Below, in pieces: positions 38,701 to 51,570 of a stretch of DNA of 52,550 bases; the stretch's first letter is position 1; every line of letters starts with the position of its first letter. A program made the position numbers and the translations under genes. Origin of the DNA: Girardia tigrina. Lineage: Eukaryota. The stretch is taken from positions 4,076 through 56,625 of the forward strand of contig MQRK01189838.1 of NCBI GenBank assembly GCA_001938485.1, given 5' to 3'. The notes below the pieces were generated by a model. It was given only the letters and a program-made list of their open reading frames with translations, was not told where the DNA came from and searched no databases.

Positions 38701-40189
38701 ATGTTCACAAATGTTAATTAAGAATGACTGATATAAACAATAAGTATTCCACTCATATGTTAATGTTTAATTCTTTAACATTGACTTTATGAGGGGTTAA
38801 TTTAAATTTTTATCTCGCCTGAATAATTTATTATTTTTAAATTTAAAGGGTAAAATATTTTTATGTTAATATGCTTCTTCAATATTTTAAAATTAAAAAT
38901 GATATAATAAAACAACTATTAAAAAATCAAAAACCTTTTTAAAAATAAAATATTTTTTAATGTGTTTTTAAATATTTTAAAAAAAAATTAAAAATGATAT
39001 AATAAAAGAAAATCATAAAAAATAAAATATCTATTTAAAAATAAAAAATATCTTTTAATGTATCTATTAAATATCTTAAAATTAAAAATGTCAAGAAAAC
39101 AAAAATATTAAATATTTATTTATAAATAAAAATATTTTTAATAAGCACTTTTAAATAAACTTTGAAAATAGAGTTTAAATAATTTTTGAAATAAATTTTC
39201 AGGATTTTAAAAATTAAATCGAGAAGAATTTAATAGATTAATTTGGGTCGAGATAATTAAATTAACAAGAAAATTTGTTTTAAATATGTGAATTGTTATA
39301 GAAATAAATTTTGGTGTTAAAAAATGAATCCTGATATTGAGGTTGCAACCACTTCTCACAAGCTTAATCTTTTTTTTCAAATTCCGATGAAAACTGGTCA
39401 GAGAAGTCAAGCATGAGACTATACATGGATGAAGCTCTTCATATTTGACAATCAAATTGTAATTATCCTTTTTATCATTTCTGACGTATTTTGTAAACAA
39501 TCTTCCTCTAAAGTTAAAATGTCTTTGAAATCTTTAGTAAACCTAACAGTATTTTAACATCGAGGTAGAGGGTACAAGAATGTGTTTTTAAGCCTGAAAA
39601 AACAATTTTTAATGATATCATTATTGGTTCCAAATTTTACACCCCTTCAGTTTTCTTTAACAAATTAGTTTGTTTCTTTTTATTATTCTGTCTACTTTAT
39701 GTTTTCATTTTGTTGATTATTCTTTAACTGCTCTTTTCTTGATTAATTCTTAATGTTAAGTTTTGTAAAACTGACTTTCTTCCGCCGCGTGTTTTAGCTG
39801 TAAATAAATATAAGATTATTTGTACTTTATTTAATTTGATGGAAACAAAAAAATAGTATCATTTTCCTTCGTTAGCAAATATATTCAAAATAGCAATATT
39901 TATTATTCAAATTAATATGATTATTTTTTCCTTGAAGTATAAAATTATATTTAGGGGTTCTTATTTAGTATTTTAGATAGTGTTACAAAAAAAAGGATGT
40001 CTAATGATGATTTCCCTTAATTTTTGCAAGGTCCTCTACTCTCTTTTTCACAGCAAGGTCATAGGATCATTTGCTCGGCATTCAGTTATATAAAAAATAA
40101 GAGTTGAGATTGTGTATTTTTAACAAATTATTATTTTTTCAATAAAGTGTTTTTGAATTTTAATAAAATAAATGTTTTTTTTCAATAAA

Positions 40190-40267
40190 CGCTGCCCTCG
40201 ATTTAACACCGCATATTCTAATCAGCATTTGAAATAAAAACCGCGTTGGTAAATCGAAGTAATACGG
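40190..40267 (-). mobile_element. End of a pogo/Tigger-like element
   Basis: The minus strand reads TA-CCGTATTACTTCGATTTACCAACGCGG, with an internal inverted copy of TCGATTTA. Confidence 0.5.
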
Positions 40268-40645
40268 TATTCATAGTAAATACAAATATTAATGTTTAAT
40301 TTTCATCCTTGAAACTACGCACAAAATCTTCCATTTTTAATAACAACAGAACAAATTTGAGATCACTTATGCAAATCTCAAACAAAACTCACACAAAGCC
40401 GAAGATTCATTGTTTCTTACATTTCCAAGGTGAAGAATATTTTAAATTGTATGATTGTATGTTTAATTTACAATGGTGATTCTCCCACCCAGATGGAAAT
40501 TGGTATTCTTGTTTTTACGGTAATGGACTATTCGAACATAATTAAAATAATAATAACGAAATGATAATAATCAATTAATTAGTTTAAATTTTTGAAATTA
40601 GTTATTAAAATCAACTTTAATATTTTGTTAAAAATAAAAAAATTA

Positions 40646-42637
40646 CAATTTGGGACAAATTAATAATCACCCAAATAAATTTTAGGTTTTTTTCAGAAAA
40701 TTTTGCTTAAATGTTTCAAATTCGCATTGGCATATAAAATTTCTTACTTTTCCAAGGAAAGATCTATTAAAAGACAGTAACCAACTATTTAATACTTTTT
40801 ATTTCCAAGATTTAAAAGAAATTTACATACTGAATATCCGTTTAATAAATAATACATTAAAATCAAAATTTGGTATTACCACAATTTTCTGCAAGAATGG
40901 CTTGTACCCGCTGTGGCATTGACTCAATCAACTTTTGACAGGTATCCGTAATAGAAATATCCATTGTGAGGGATAATTTGGAATGTCGTAAGTTTGTTGT
41001 TTGTATGCTGTTTAGATTTGTGACTCTCCTACTCAGATGGGAATGGTATGTTTAATGATTGATTATTTGAATCTAATGAAATTAATTTAAGGATATTAAT
41101 TTTAAGTACTAATTAATTAAAGTTTGATAATTATGAATTTTAATAATATTTTTAGTAAACGATTTTAACTTATTAAATTTAATATATTTTAAAAATTAAT
41201 GTTTATTTAAAAAATTACATAATGTNTTTTTATCCAATAAAATTATGAGAAATTAAAATGTAATATTAAAATTTCCCATTCATTGATTTTTTCATATTTG
41301 AATATTTAATCAAAAACTATATCAATCAAAGAAAGATGACCTCTGAAAATTGTTGTGAAGAATCTGTTTGTGCTGTCAATAAATGTTTGCATGCAAATTG
41401 TGATGTTGTTAATATCCATGATCCAAACAGATGAGAGAGAGGTGATGAGTCCATCTTTAGTGAAAATTCACTTTGATAATAGCCCAGAGGGTCTCAATAG
41501 GGTTGATATCTGGGCTATTGCAGGTCATGGTAAAACTGCAACATGAATGACGACGAGGCACTTCATGGATTTCCTGCTTGTATAAACACAAAATCACAAG
41601 TAGGAAATCATTCATGAGCTTGGGGAATCATCTGAGTTGTGAGAATTTTCACTTATTGGTCGGAGTTCATAGTTTTCTCTACAAAATGCAACCTACCACA
41701 ACCCTTTGCACTCATCATGGACCACATCATCACCTTTGTAGGGAATTTGACTGTGGTTCTTGTGTGGATTGGCCTGTCACTTTCATGCCAGGCACGAGGC
41801 GTAGATGCTACTTTACACTGAAAGGAGGATTCATCTGAAAATAAACTTTTGACCAATCCTCGACAGTCCAACCGGCATGATCATTGCCCACTGGGGATGT
41901 TTCTTGCTCATTGCAGCAGTCAGTAAAGGCTTAGAAACTAGTTTTACACTCATAACTCCTTGTTACTTGAGTCTGCGATGCACTGTTTTGTAGGACACAC
42001 TTGACACTCCAGTTCTTAGTTTGAAGAGCACCAGCCAATTGATGTGAAGTTGCTTGTGGGTTATGCAGCGCGAACCGACAAATTTGGCGGTCTGTCTGCA
42101 AGAATGTTGCTCTTTTACGTCCACATCGCCCAATTCGAGAAGTAGTGGAAGTATCTTCTTTCATGATACTCTGGACGGTTCTTGTACAGACTCCAATGTG
42201 ATCTTCGATGTCACCAATTGAATTTCTGTCGCATTTAAGAAGAGCAAGAATAGCAGTCTTTTGGGGCTCTGTAGTATTTGTCTTCTTTCTTATTTCAGAA
42301 ACAAGTAAATTGTGAAACAAATGTTGGTTTGTGTGCAGCGTTATTTGCTATGTGAACAGCTAATCAATTAGCAAAATCTGTCATTTTCAAAATTATGCAA
42401 TCATAGTTGTCATTATTGGTCATGATAATAATAATGTACAATGGCAGGTAAATTTAAATTTTTAGCTTCAAAATGAATGAAATATAAATAAATGAACAAC
42501 TGTTATAGTGTTTTTATATTTCTTTTCTTGTTAAAGTAAGAAGTTTTATATGTACATTCGAATTTGAAACATTTAAGCAAAAGTTTCTGAAAAAAACCTA
42601 AAATTTTATGGGGGTGACTATTAATTTGTCCCAACTG
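40646..42637 (-). mobile_element. Tc1 transposon with long (~130-bp) TIRs and decayed transposase
   Basis: TIR CA(G)TTGGGACAAATTAATA(A/G)TCACCC with TA flanks; RCGRKRAT..TDRQI, LFSDESSF, VMMWSMMSAKGCGRL and LIESMPQRVQAILAENCGNTKF*. Confidence 0.93.
40965..41414 (+). mobile_element. Solo LTR (family A) inserted in the Tc1 transposase
   Basis: TGTGAGGGAT...GATGTTGTTAATA with TSD TCCAT. Removing it restores the frame SSVWIMDISITDTCQKL. Confidence 0.92.
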
Positions 42638-43961
42638 TAATTAACTAGATATAAAATAAAGTAATGAAATTTATATTTATTTTTTACAATTTGATAAAAT
42701 ATTTTTATTATTTAGAGTTTTCATAAAGAAATAGTTCAAATTATTAGTTTTAATAAATATTTTCGGAAATTAAATATTTTGGAAAAATTGTTCGAATAAT
42801 CATTATTAAAATATAGAAATAAAAACGAATTATAACGATGTCAAACGGTGAACGATCTTCCAAAGTTGTGATGACTCTGAGTGTGATAATAATAAATGTT
42901 CAAACAATAATTGTCTCAATGTTCTTTAATAGTCTTTTTTTCCTTCTAACAAAATTATATTGATTTAAATTAAAAAATCTTGTTAAGAAAATAATCGTTT
43001 ACAGATGTCTTCAATTATGTTTGTGAAACCGGGTAAAATATATACTTTTTGGGACAATAATCCTATTTGGTTTTGTTAGTCATACATGGTAAATGTAAAC
43101 AACTTAGAATTATGTTTATTTTTTGGAAAGAATGCAATTAAAGAACATTAACAAACTTTAATATGAAAAATAAATAATAAATTAAAATTATTAGATTTCT
43201 GATTATCTAGATACTGATATTTTGTAGTAAAATACTTGTTATAATAAATAAATAAATAAATTATTAAGGAATAAATATTATATCCAGACATACGCCTCTT
43301 GTCAGAGAAAATTTTCTCAAGTTTTATATCCTCATTAAATTATTTTTTTAATCTAATTTTAATTATCCCTTATAGATTTAAAAATTCAATTATTATTTAT
43401 TAATCAAAACCAGTGTTGACATTTAAAATATAAATTTAATTGCAAATAATCCACGAAAAATATGGAAAAAAATAAATTATAAAAAAATAAAACTTTAAAT
43501 TTAAAGAAAATTTATATTTTTGTTTTAAAATTATAAAAAAAATAATTTGCAAATATTTAATAAATTTGAATATATAATTTTAATTAAAAATATCATAAAA
43601 ACTAATTAATAAATAAAAAAATACATATTTTAAATGACCTTAAATACATGTAATTGAAAATCATTTTGAATTTAATTATTTCAATGTTTTCTTGAAAGAT
43701 TTTACACTTTTTTAAAAAAAAACTATAATTTTTATAAAAAAACTTAATTTGACGAAAATGAACATGATATTTGTCAAACATTTTTGTTTGCTAAAGGAAA
43801 TTCGAGGATAAATATTGGTAATTTAAAATAAATCTGATTTGGAATATCTTTTCAAAGTACATTATTTTTAGTGATGAATGATTCGGAAACATTCTTTTTG
43901 AGAATGAAATTAGAAAAATGTCTTTTCAGATATAATAATTAACATTATATACATTTGTATA

Positions 43962-44768
43962 AGCTGCGGAGTAACAAGAATAACCAACTTACGATTTTCT
44001 GACGATATAGACCTAATTGATAAAAATGAAGCAGAGATTCAGGAACTTACGAATAAATTGCACAAAGCATCACAGAAATTTGGAATGAAAATCAACAGGC
44101 AAAAAAGCAAAGTAATGGTTTCAGGAAGCCATAACAACGAGGTTAAACTGCAGATTGACATTGAAGGGAAGAAGATAGAACAAGTTAAGAGTTTCAAATA
44201 CTTATGCTCTACGTTCGAGAGAATTGGGGAAGCGAAGAAAAAATCAGAAGCCAATTTGGTATTGCAACAAGCACAATAATTAACGCAGTTTTTAACCTCA
44301 AAGAAATCCATCTCAAGAGCAGAATAAAGATCCATAAGGTCATTATCTGGGCAACATTCCTCTATGGATGCGAAAGTTGGACAATAAATCAGAAGAGTAT
44401 GGATAGACTTTAAGCGTTTGAAACTGGAGAATGCTGAAGATTACGTAGAAAGAAAATAAAACCAATGACTCTGTCTGGAAGAAATTGACAGAAATACTAA
44501 TTAAAAGACCGGAATCAATAGAGAGATCAACAAGCAAAGGAAGCTGAAATTCTACCGACATCAGGTAAGAAAACAAGTACTAGCAAAGGTTATGATTGAA
44601 GGAAGATTGGAAGGAGAAAGACCAAGAGGAAGGCCAAAGTAACAATGGACAAATGATTTCAAAGAATGGAGTGGATTGAGTATGGAATGTCTGAGAAAAG
44701 AGGCTGCAAATAGAAAGATGTTACATAATTGGGTGCACCCATGGCTAAGGTCAAAAAGAAAAGAAAAT
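43962..44768 (+). mobile_element. RTE-clade non-LTR retrotransposon, 3' fragment
   Basis: ITNLRFSDDIDLI, FGMKINRQKSKVM, IEQVKSFKYL, FLYGCESWTI and EGERPRGRP motifs with stops and frameshifts; A-rich tail. Confidence 0.9.
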
Positions 44769-44922
44769 ATATATTTTTATGCTTGTAACACGCATGATTC
44801 TTTACTGAAACGGACATATCTAGGAAAGGTTAAGTAGTTTCAAGTTTAAATATTAAATCTGAAATCCAATTAATTTAATATATATTTAACTCTGTAGAAG
44901 TTACAAAAGTTTATGTTGTACA

Positions 44923-44984
<62 letters not shown>

Positions 44985-45013
44985 ATTGATTTTATTGGGC
45001 AAAAAGGAAATTA

Positions 45014-46704
45014 ACGGATATCGCCATATACAGTATCACTGATACTATTTAAATAGTATCCTTAAAAATTTTTTAAGTTGGTGATACTATTTGGTGCTTT
45101 CAATTTACATTAACAAAAATATCCAATTATGAACAAAAAAAACAAATATCAATAATACTTTATTCATTAACGACATCCAAACATTCAACATCATCATTAT
45201 CATATAAACAGTCTACATCCTGATCATCTACATCTTCCCCGGAAATAGACTCGTAGGGAAATTGTTCAATCTGGTTTGAAACAGCCCAAGCCTCGCAAAA
45301 CATTCTACCATACACATCATGCTTTGCTATATGCCAATCGTCAGGGTTCGAACTAAATCCTGATGATATTATTGAGTTTTCTATTGTTTCGGTTTTCAAT
45401 TCATTCAAAGATTTTCCGACCCATGAATTAACCAATTCCTTTGATGGTGGTTTTGGATTACCATTTTTGGTATAAACTAAAGAATCAGAGTTCTTCCATT
45501 TATTAAGACGAAAATATATCAAATCTTTCAAGGAACGAAAAATTCATATATCTGCTTGTAGATAAGGTGTCAATCCCCCTGGGATCACGATCATTTCAAC
45601 ATTTCTCTTAATACAATGTTCTTTTACTTGTAGGCTTTAATGAACTTGACACGAATCTCAGATAATACACCCACCGTTGCTTAAATCAATCAAAAGAAAC
45701 ATATTGTCGATCCACTTTATAATTAATTCTTGGTTAACCCAGGATATTGATTGAGTAGTATGCAAGATACGATTTTGTTTACAAATAGGACTCCCATCCT
45801 TTCCTTTATGGATTACCAAAGGCATTGCCTTCCTGCCATCTACCCAAATAGAAATCAATGCTGTTACTCTCATTGAACTAAAACCAGTTGATTTCATTAC
45901 TACATGGCGTGCTCCGAGTAAATCCACAGTATTTGTTCTGACATCCTTAAAAAATACTGCAGTTTCATCCATCATTAAAGTCTTTTTAATATTTAAATAA
46001 GGAAGACAATTTTTTAAATATTTCGTATAATTAACATCACTTAAAATTATGTCAGAGTCTGATAATGTTGTTAAATTGGTAGTTCGCCTAAGTGTAAATC
46101 CATTTCTCTTCATAAACCCTGTTATCCAATTTCCAGTACCCTTTAATTTAAAATTAAACTCTTTACTCAATGCTACTGCTCTATCAGAAATATACTTCCG
46201 ACTAACTTTCATTTTTCGTATTCTAAGATCTATTATCTCATCGCCAATAATTTGTTCTATAGTTCCCAAACTGGTTTTCTTTCCTGCTCCCAACGCTCTT
46301 TTCATTAATGGTTTTTGATTAGCAAGTTTTTCTTGTTTCTAAACCACTGTTGAAACATAGAATGATCATATATTTCGCCGTTTTTAACTTCGAAATGCTG
46401 TTTTGCAGCATAACACGTTTTGCCTTGCAACATAAACTCGATTACTTCTTTTTTGAAAGCGATTGTAAACGATCGTTTGGCCATAGGAATTTTTAAAATT
46501 GAATATTTATTAATATTAAAACATTTTAATTAAATGATTTTAAAAATTCATGATTTTTTTCAAGTGATTTTATAAAAACTTAAATAGTGATACTAATAGG
46601 GTCGTGATACTATTTAAATAGTATCACTAAAAATTTTTTAAATTAGTGATATTATTTGGGTCGTGATACTATATGGTTTGGTGATACTAATTAGCGATAT
46701 CCGT
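45014..46704 (-). mobile_element. pogo-superfamily transposon (Brinker-like DBD, CENP-B HTH, DDE), inactive
   Basis: TIR ACGGATATCGC in TA/TTAA context with repeated GTGATACTA. ATG at 46484 (MAKRSFTIAFKKEV), GNWITGFMKRNGFTLRRTT, MMDETAVF and IPGGLTPYLQADI; stop at 45160; frameshifts. Confidence 0.92.
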
Positions 46705-46819
46705 TAATTAAAAATATTTAATATTATTGTTCGTTTTTCCTGCAATTAATTGAAAAGTATATGAAAAAATATACCGGACAACAGCCATCTGTTTATAAGA
46801 GAAATAAATAAAATATTTT

Positions 46820-47090
46820 TGATTTTCAGAGATGAATCGTATATAGAACCCTTCTTATATTTCAAGAATCTCCTATTCTTGGATGTTCTTGTAAAAAGAA
46901 TGATTGGAATATATGAAACAGGATGGTATAGAAAATCAACAGAAACATGACTTTATACAACATCAAAAAGTTATTGTGAAAAAAAGAGACCAAGATGGTA
47001 TGATTAAAAAGTTAGTTCCCAGAGTTTTTTGTCTTTCATCTTTTATAAATATGCATCTATTAGGCTGGATATTCTTTAGAAATGATTCAA
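46820..47090 (+). mobile_element. Penelope-like RT thumb fragment
   Basis: LLFLDVLVKRMIGIYETGWYRKSTET*LYT. Confidence 0.7.
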
Positions 47091-47396
47091 TAATAATATG
47101 TAACCAAATAAGAAAATAGAGACTAATATTAGACTTCTTGGGGTTCCGTTTGGTGAACTTTAAATTTTAGATATTTTTAAATTAAAAATCATATTTATAT
47201 TTTAGATAAATAAAAAATAATGTTCGACTAATTAAAATGAAATAATTTTTTAAATAAAAAATTTATGTTTATAGATAATATTTTTTTACTAATTAAAATA
47301 AATAAGATTGCATAAAAATATATTTTATGGGTGATATTTCTACTAATTAAATTGAAATAATTTTTCTAAAAATTATAGTTCTCAGATAGTATGTTA

Positions 47397-48110
47397 GGGA
47401 GCATTGCATAATTACATAACNNNNNNNNNNNNNNNNNNNNNNNNNNNNNNNNNNNNNNNNNNNNNNNNNNNNNNNNNNNNNNNNNNNNNNNNNNNNNNNN
47501 NNNNNNNNNNNNNNNNNNNNNNNNNNNNNNNNNNNNNNNNNNNNNNNNNNNNNNNNNNNNNNNNNNNNNNNNNNNNNNNNNNNNNNNNNNNNNNNNNNNN
47601 NNNNNNNNNNNNNNNNNNNNNNNNNNNNNNNNNNNNNNNNNNNNNNNNNNNNNNNNNNNNNNNNNNNNNNNNNNNNNNNNNNNNNNNNNNNNNNNNNNNN
47701 NNNNNNNNNNNNNNNNNNNNNNNNNNNNNNNNNNNNNNNNNNNNNNNNNNNNNNNNNNNNNNNNNNNNNNNNNNNNNNNNNNNNNNNNNNNNNNNNNNNN
47801 NNNNNNNNNNNNNNNNNNNNNNNNNNNNNNNNNNNNNNNNNNNNNNNNNNNNNNNNNNNNNNNNNNNNNNNNNNNNNNNNNNNNNNNNNNNNNNNNNNNN
47901 NNATTTGCGTTATTTAAATTTTGAAATTGTATTTCTTGTAACTTGTCTTAAATAATTTTGTCTTAAGACACTACAGTCGTGCCTTAATTTTTAAAAAAGC
48001 GTTACGTAACGTTCAGTGACCTCCACCCACCCACCCACGTAACGTTTTATAACGTTTTCAAGGACACCACCCACCCACCCTCGAGCGTTACGTAATTATG
48101 CAATGGCCCC
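47397..48110. mobile_element. PIF/Harbinger-type MITE spanning the N-gap
   Basis: TIR GGG(AG/GC)CATTGCATAATTAC(A/G)TAAC with 3-bp TTA on both sides. Confidence 0.85.
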
Positions 48111-49261
48111 TTACTATTTTTTTTCTTTTTTTCTTTATGATAAATTACTAAAATACAACATTGATTCATCATCAGTATCCACTCTGATTTAGAGTGGAAG
48201 AAACTACATTCATATCGTGGTTATCTCCCCTCGTGTTTTGCGGTTTTCGCAAAGGAAAAGTTCTGGCGGGAACACTGGAACCATGCAGATGCACCAGCAT
48301 AGTACTATTTATATCTTGGTCGTTCATGTCTTTCATGAAAAGGATATTGTGTTTTCTTGTTCAAATAAATTAAATTTTATATTATTAATATTTAAATTTT
48401 TAATAATTATTAATTTTGCATTTTTTTATTAAAAACATTAAATTTTAAAAAATTACTAAAATAACTTATTATAATAAGTTATTATATAATTCATTTTCGC
48501 GCATTTGTTGCATCACAAAGATTCGAAAAGTATATTATTCAATTGTTAATAATTTCTAAGTCTTCTTTTAGTAATAATAATTAAATTTTTATTTAATAAA
48601 GGGTTTTAAAAAATTCCAACATTTAATTCAGAAAATATCAATTTTTACAAAAAGTCTCTCTCAAATAATGAGTTGGGAAATTGTAAAAATTAATTAAATT
48701 AATTAAGGACCATTTTAATTCAACATCTTTTGTCCCCTGGAGATGATAAAATTCTTTCAAAACTCATTTTCATTAAAAATTGAAACTTATAAGAATTATA
48801 AATAATAAAAAAGAAATATTATGTTTAATTAAATTTAAATTTTAAAAGTAATTTAACGTTTTTTTATTAGACGAAAAATCGGTTTTTCATTAATGATAAT
48901 TTAATAAATAAAGTCGTAAATGAAAATTAGAGACGCGATGAACTAGAATTTATTTTTCAAAAAAAGAGAATTATTTATTTATTTTTTAGACAAATATTTT
49001 TGACTTTTGTTTGGACGTGTCTTTTAGAAATTTACATTTGGGAACATTTGTTGTTTATTATTGACAAAATCAGCTTATAATTGCAAATTATCATTTATGA
49101 AAGGGAATTCACTTGTACTAATATTTCTGCCATTACAGAATCGCCAGTTAAAAGTTTTATCCAAATTAAAAGTTTTTATATGGCACATCGACTATCACGT
49201 AGTTTATCAATTTTAGTATACTCAGACAAAAACAACATATAATTATATTAAAACAACATAT

Positions 49262-49893
49262 AGAATTTTTTGATGACCATCGTCCAAAGAAGGAAAGCTC
49301 AAATGAAACGAACTCAGTGTTGGAGACTGGCTATGCTTTTGGTGTCCTGAGATTGTTCGGATTTGAGAGATTTCGATAATTCGTCGTCGGCTTCTTTGAG
49401 CATTTTTGCGACTCGATTATCTGCGATCAGGTCATCGAGAGGCATTCGCGACGTCGATATGTAGAAGTCCTCTTCTTCAGCGACACTGGCTTTACAAATC
49501 AAGTCCCAAATGAACACGATCCTCGATGAATCCTCGAAGAGTTTTGTAAGTGATTCAATCGGTGCAGTGCATGTACATGATGATGAAGACAGTTTGACCG
49601 AGTGTGTCACCTTTGAGTCAGTTCTCAGGACACGAAAGCATCTCGTCCACGATTCCATGCAGTAATCTCGGCTCGATCTCGTCCAGCGGCAGTCAGTTGT
49701 TGTCGAGAGCCTGTCACAAGTAGACGATCTTGCGCTGAATCTGCGTGTGCGTGTCCATCTTTGGATCCATAAGCTCGATGGCCGTCATGACATCCTGCTG
49801 ATTGAACGAGCTCGTGTGGCTCAACTCACCGGGACCGATCAATTAACACGTATTTCGGAATTCTTCTGTCACAACGATTTCTGTTTCGTTCAT
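49262..49893 (-). pseudogene. NAA35: NAA35/MAK10 (NatC auxiliary subunit) 5' fragment pseudogene
   Basis: Manual translation gives MNETEIVVTEEFRNTC*LIGPGELSH..FNQQDVMTAIELMDPKMD...LHGIVDEMLSC..*LKGDTLGQTVF..MYMH, then a frameshift to CKASVAEEEDF. This matches the Mak10 motifs MSAIEMMDPKMD, WLEGHSLAQTVF and AVFEEEDF. It has at least six stops. Confidence 0.9.
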
Positions 49894-49928
49894 GATTTTC
49901 GTTCGATTGTCGTATCAGAAACGCACTT

Positions 49929-50035
49929 CTTTTAAATAAATTAGTTGTTAAGAAAATAGTAAAATTTATTTAAAACATGCTCTCAAATACACCAAAATTA
50001 CAGTTTGGTTAAGCACTGAATCACACGCCCCGTAC
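49929..50035 (-). promoter_or_regulatory. Putative initiator and 5'-UTR intron upstream of the NAA35 fragment
   Basis: TCAGT at 50015-50019, then GTAATT (50001)...CTAAT...AAAG (49929), a 73-nt AT-rich intron-like segment. Confidence 0.45.
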
Positions 50036-50109
50036 TCTCAATACACATAAACATACACAGTTCAAGCAAGGATGAAATGTCACTAACGTTCTAACGTGAG
50101 CTCTTTAAT

Positions 50110-51570
50110 TCTCACTTTACAAGACCGACCTACTGATGACACGTTTTGAGAAACGTTTGTTGTCTCCGGTTTGTTTCCACAAATTATCACTGTCAAAGCC
50201 GAATTCTCTTGCACAATTAATTTTCCTCCCTTGTTATATTCCGACTATAGTTGGGCCATCGGTATTGTAGATTACTGCACGTATGGCTGATCTAAGACGA
50301 CATGCGCTGAACTTCCACATATCACGATTATTGCACTCATGTTACAGTTTCCTCTTTCCACTAAGTCTTACAGATGTATGTGGGGACATGATTGATGAAC
50401 GCTTGGTCAACAATCGTCAAACCATTTGTTTTCTTCTGTTAATGCTGCGGGTTAGTCCGAGAAACAACATTCGTCAGCACCTTTGGAAAAAAGACTGTTT
50501 ACCGCGGGATTATCCTTTTCCAATTCAAGGTCGCCTTGTACATGTAGATCATCTCACTGACCTGTTTGCAGCATTGAATCATTATTCATTTGGTCATTCT
50601 GAAACATTTTCTACAATACCTTTTTTACTCAGTCATTTAAAACATATGGAACGTTCAAGAAGCCTTTTAATCCAAAATTCTGCGAATGTACAATAATTGT
50701 TCTATGAATTTTTTCTGACTTTCAAAAATCGTTGGCATAGGCTGTACGTACATCTAATTTCAATATTCTGATACAAACTGACGGACATCATCAAGCGACT
50801 CATCCGCAATCCACCTTTGTGATGACTTGTGCAATCTCCTTGTGCATTACATTCCTTTCCAGTAATTACCTCATCTTTTATACGCTAATATATCCATAAT
50901 CTCACTGTTCTAGCGCTGAGTCGTTTGATGGAAATCGATCATATCACTTTACTGCTGATTTTGTTTGCTCTTCTGTCATTCCATTTTTCATTATTGTTTA
51001 CACTATTTTTCTATGAGTTGCTTGGCTATCATCTTTCAATGTGGTGGTACACGAGTTTTTAAATTTACTTTAATTCGACCCTAAACAAATTACTGTTATA
51101 GTGACAATGAACCGCTATTCTTCAACTAGTTGTTTGAATAGGCTCACTCTAAAATTAATCAAATGTTACCCCTGATTAGTTTTGATCTTTGAACCATCGC
51201 TGAATCAGTATGAAACTTGATTTCTCATTGTTCCCGTTTTGCTGCCTTCTTGAGGGTTGAATTTACTACCTTAAGTTCAAACAACATTATTCGACTGTTG
51301 TATTCTTTTGATTGGTTCCTTCGGACATCGGCCAATAGTGCTCTATCAACCAACATCGAGCTGGCATTACATCCAACTTGTTTTTTCTAGATTTACTGTA
51401 CTTACTTGGGGCCCTTTGTGGGATCTTTTGTTTTCACTCGTTTTACCAATTTTTATATCATTGTAGTCGCTTGCAGTTCAACCTTAAACCCCAACTTCCA
51501 CTAGTGAAAAGAAGCCACGTACTGACCGTAACCATTTTTAATTTTTTCAGCAATTCCATCATTGTCAGGT
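50110..51570 (-). pseudogene. Heavily decayed coding-like region, possibly a retroelement env/glycoprotein relic
   Basis: Raised GC with broken Cys-containing peptides (ITGKECN, NNYCTF, IMSPHTSV..GNCNMSAIIVI, SACRL) and a signal-peptide-like MVTVSTWLLFTSGSWG. Identity is not established. Confidence 0.25.

Larger units (their letters stand above)
40429..42931 (+). mobile_element. Solo LTR (family A) split by a Tc1 insertion
   Basis: 40429-40645 and 42640-42931 together align with the 1157-1644 copy (CTCCCACCCAGATGGAAATTGGTA; ACGATGTCAAA..GTGAACGATCTTC). It ends GTTCTTTAATA. Confidence 0.8.

Noticed and set aside
49262-49893. Functional NAA35 using TGA recoding or an alternative genetic code
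   Set aside because: It also has a TAA stop and a frameshift and is truncated, and the neighbouring GPCR uses TGG for Trp with no in-frame TGA.
50130-50160. Hammerhead-like CTGATGA...GAAAC
   Set aside because: There is no proper stem II between the boxes and no stem I. It is likely chance.
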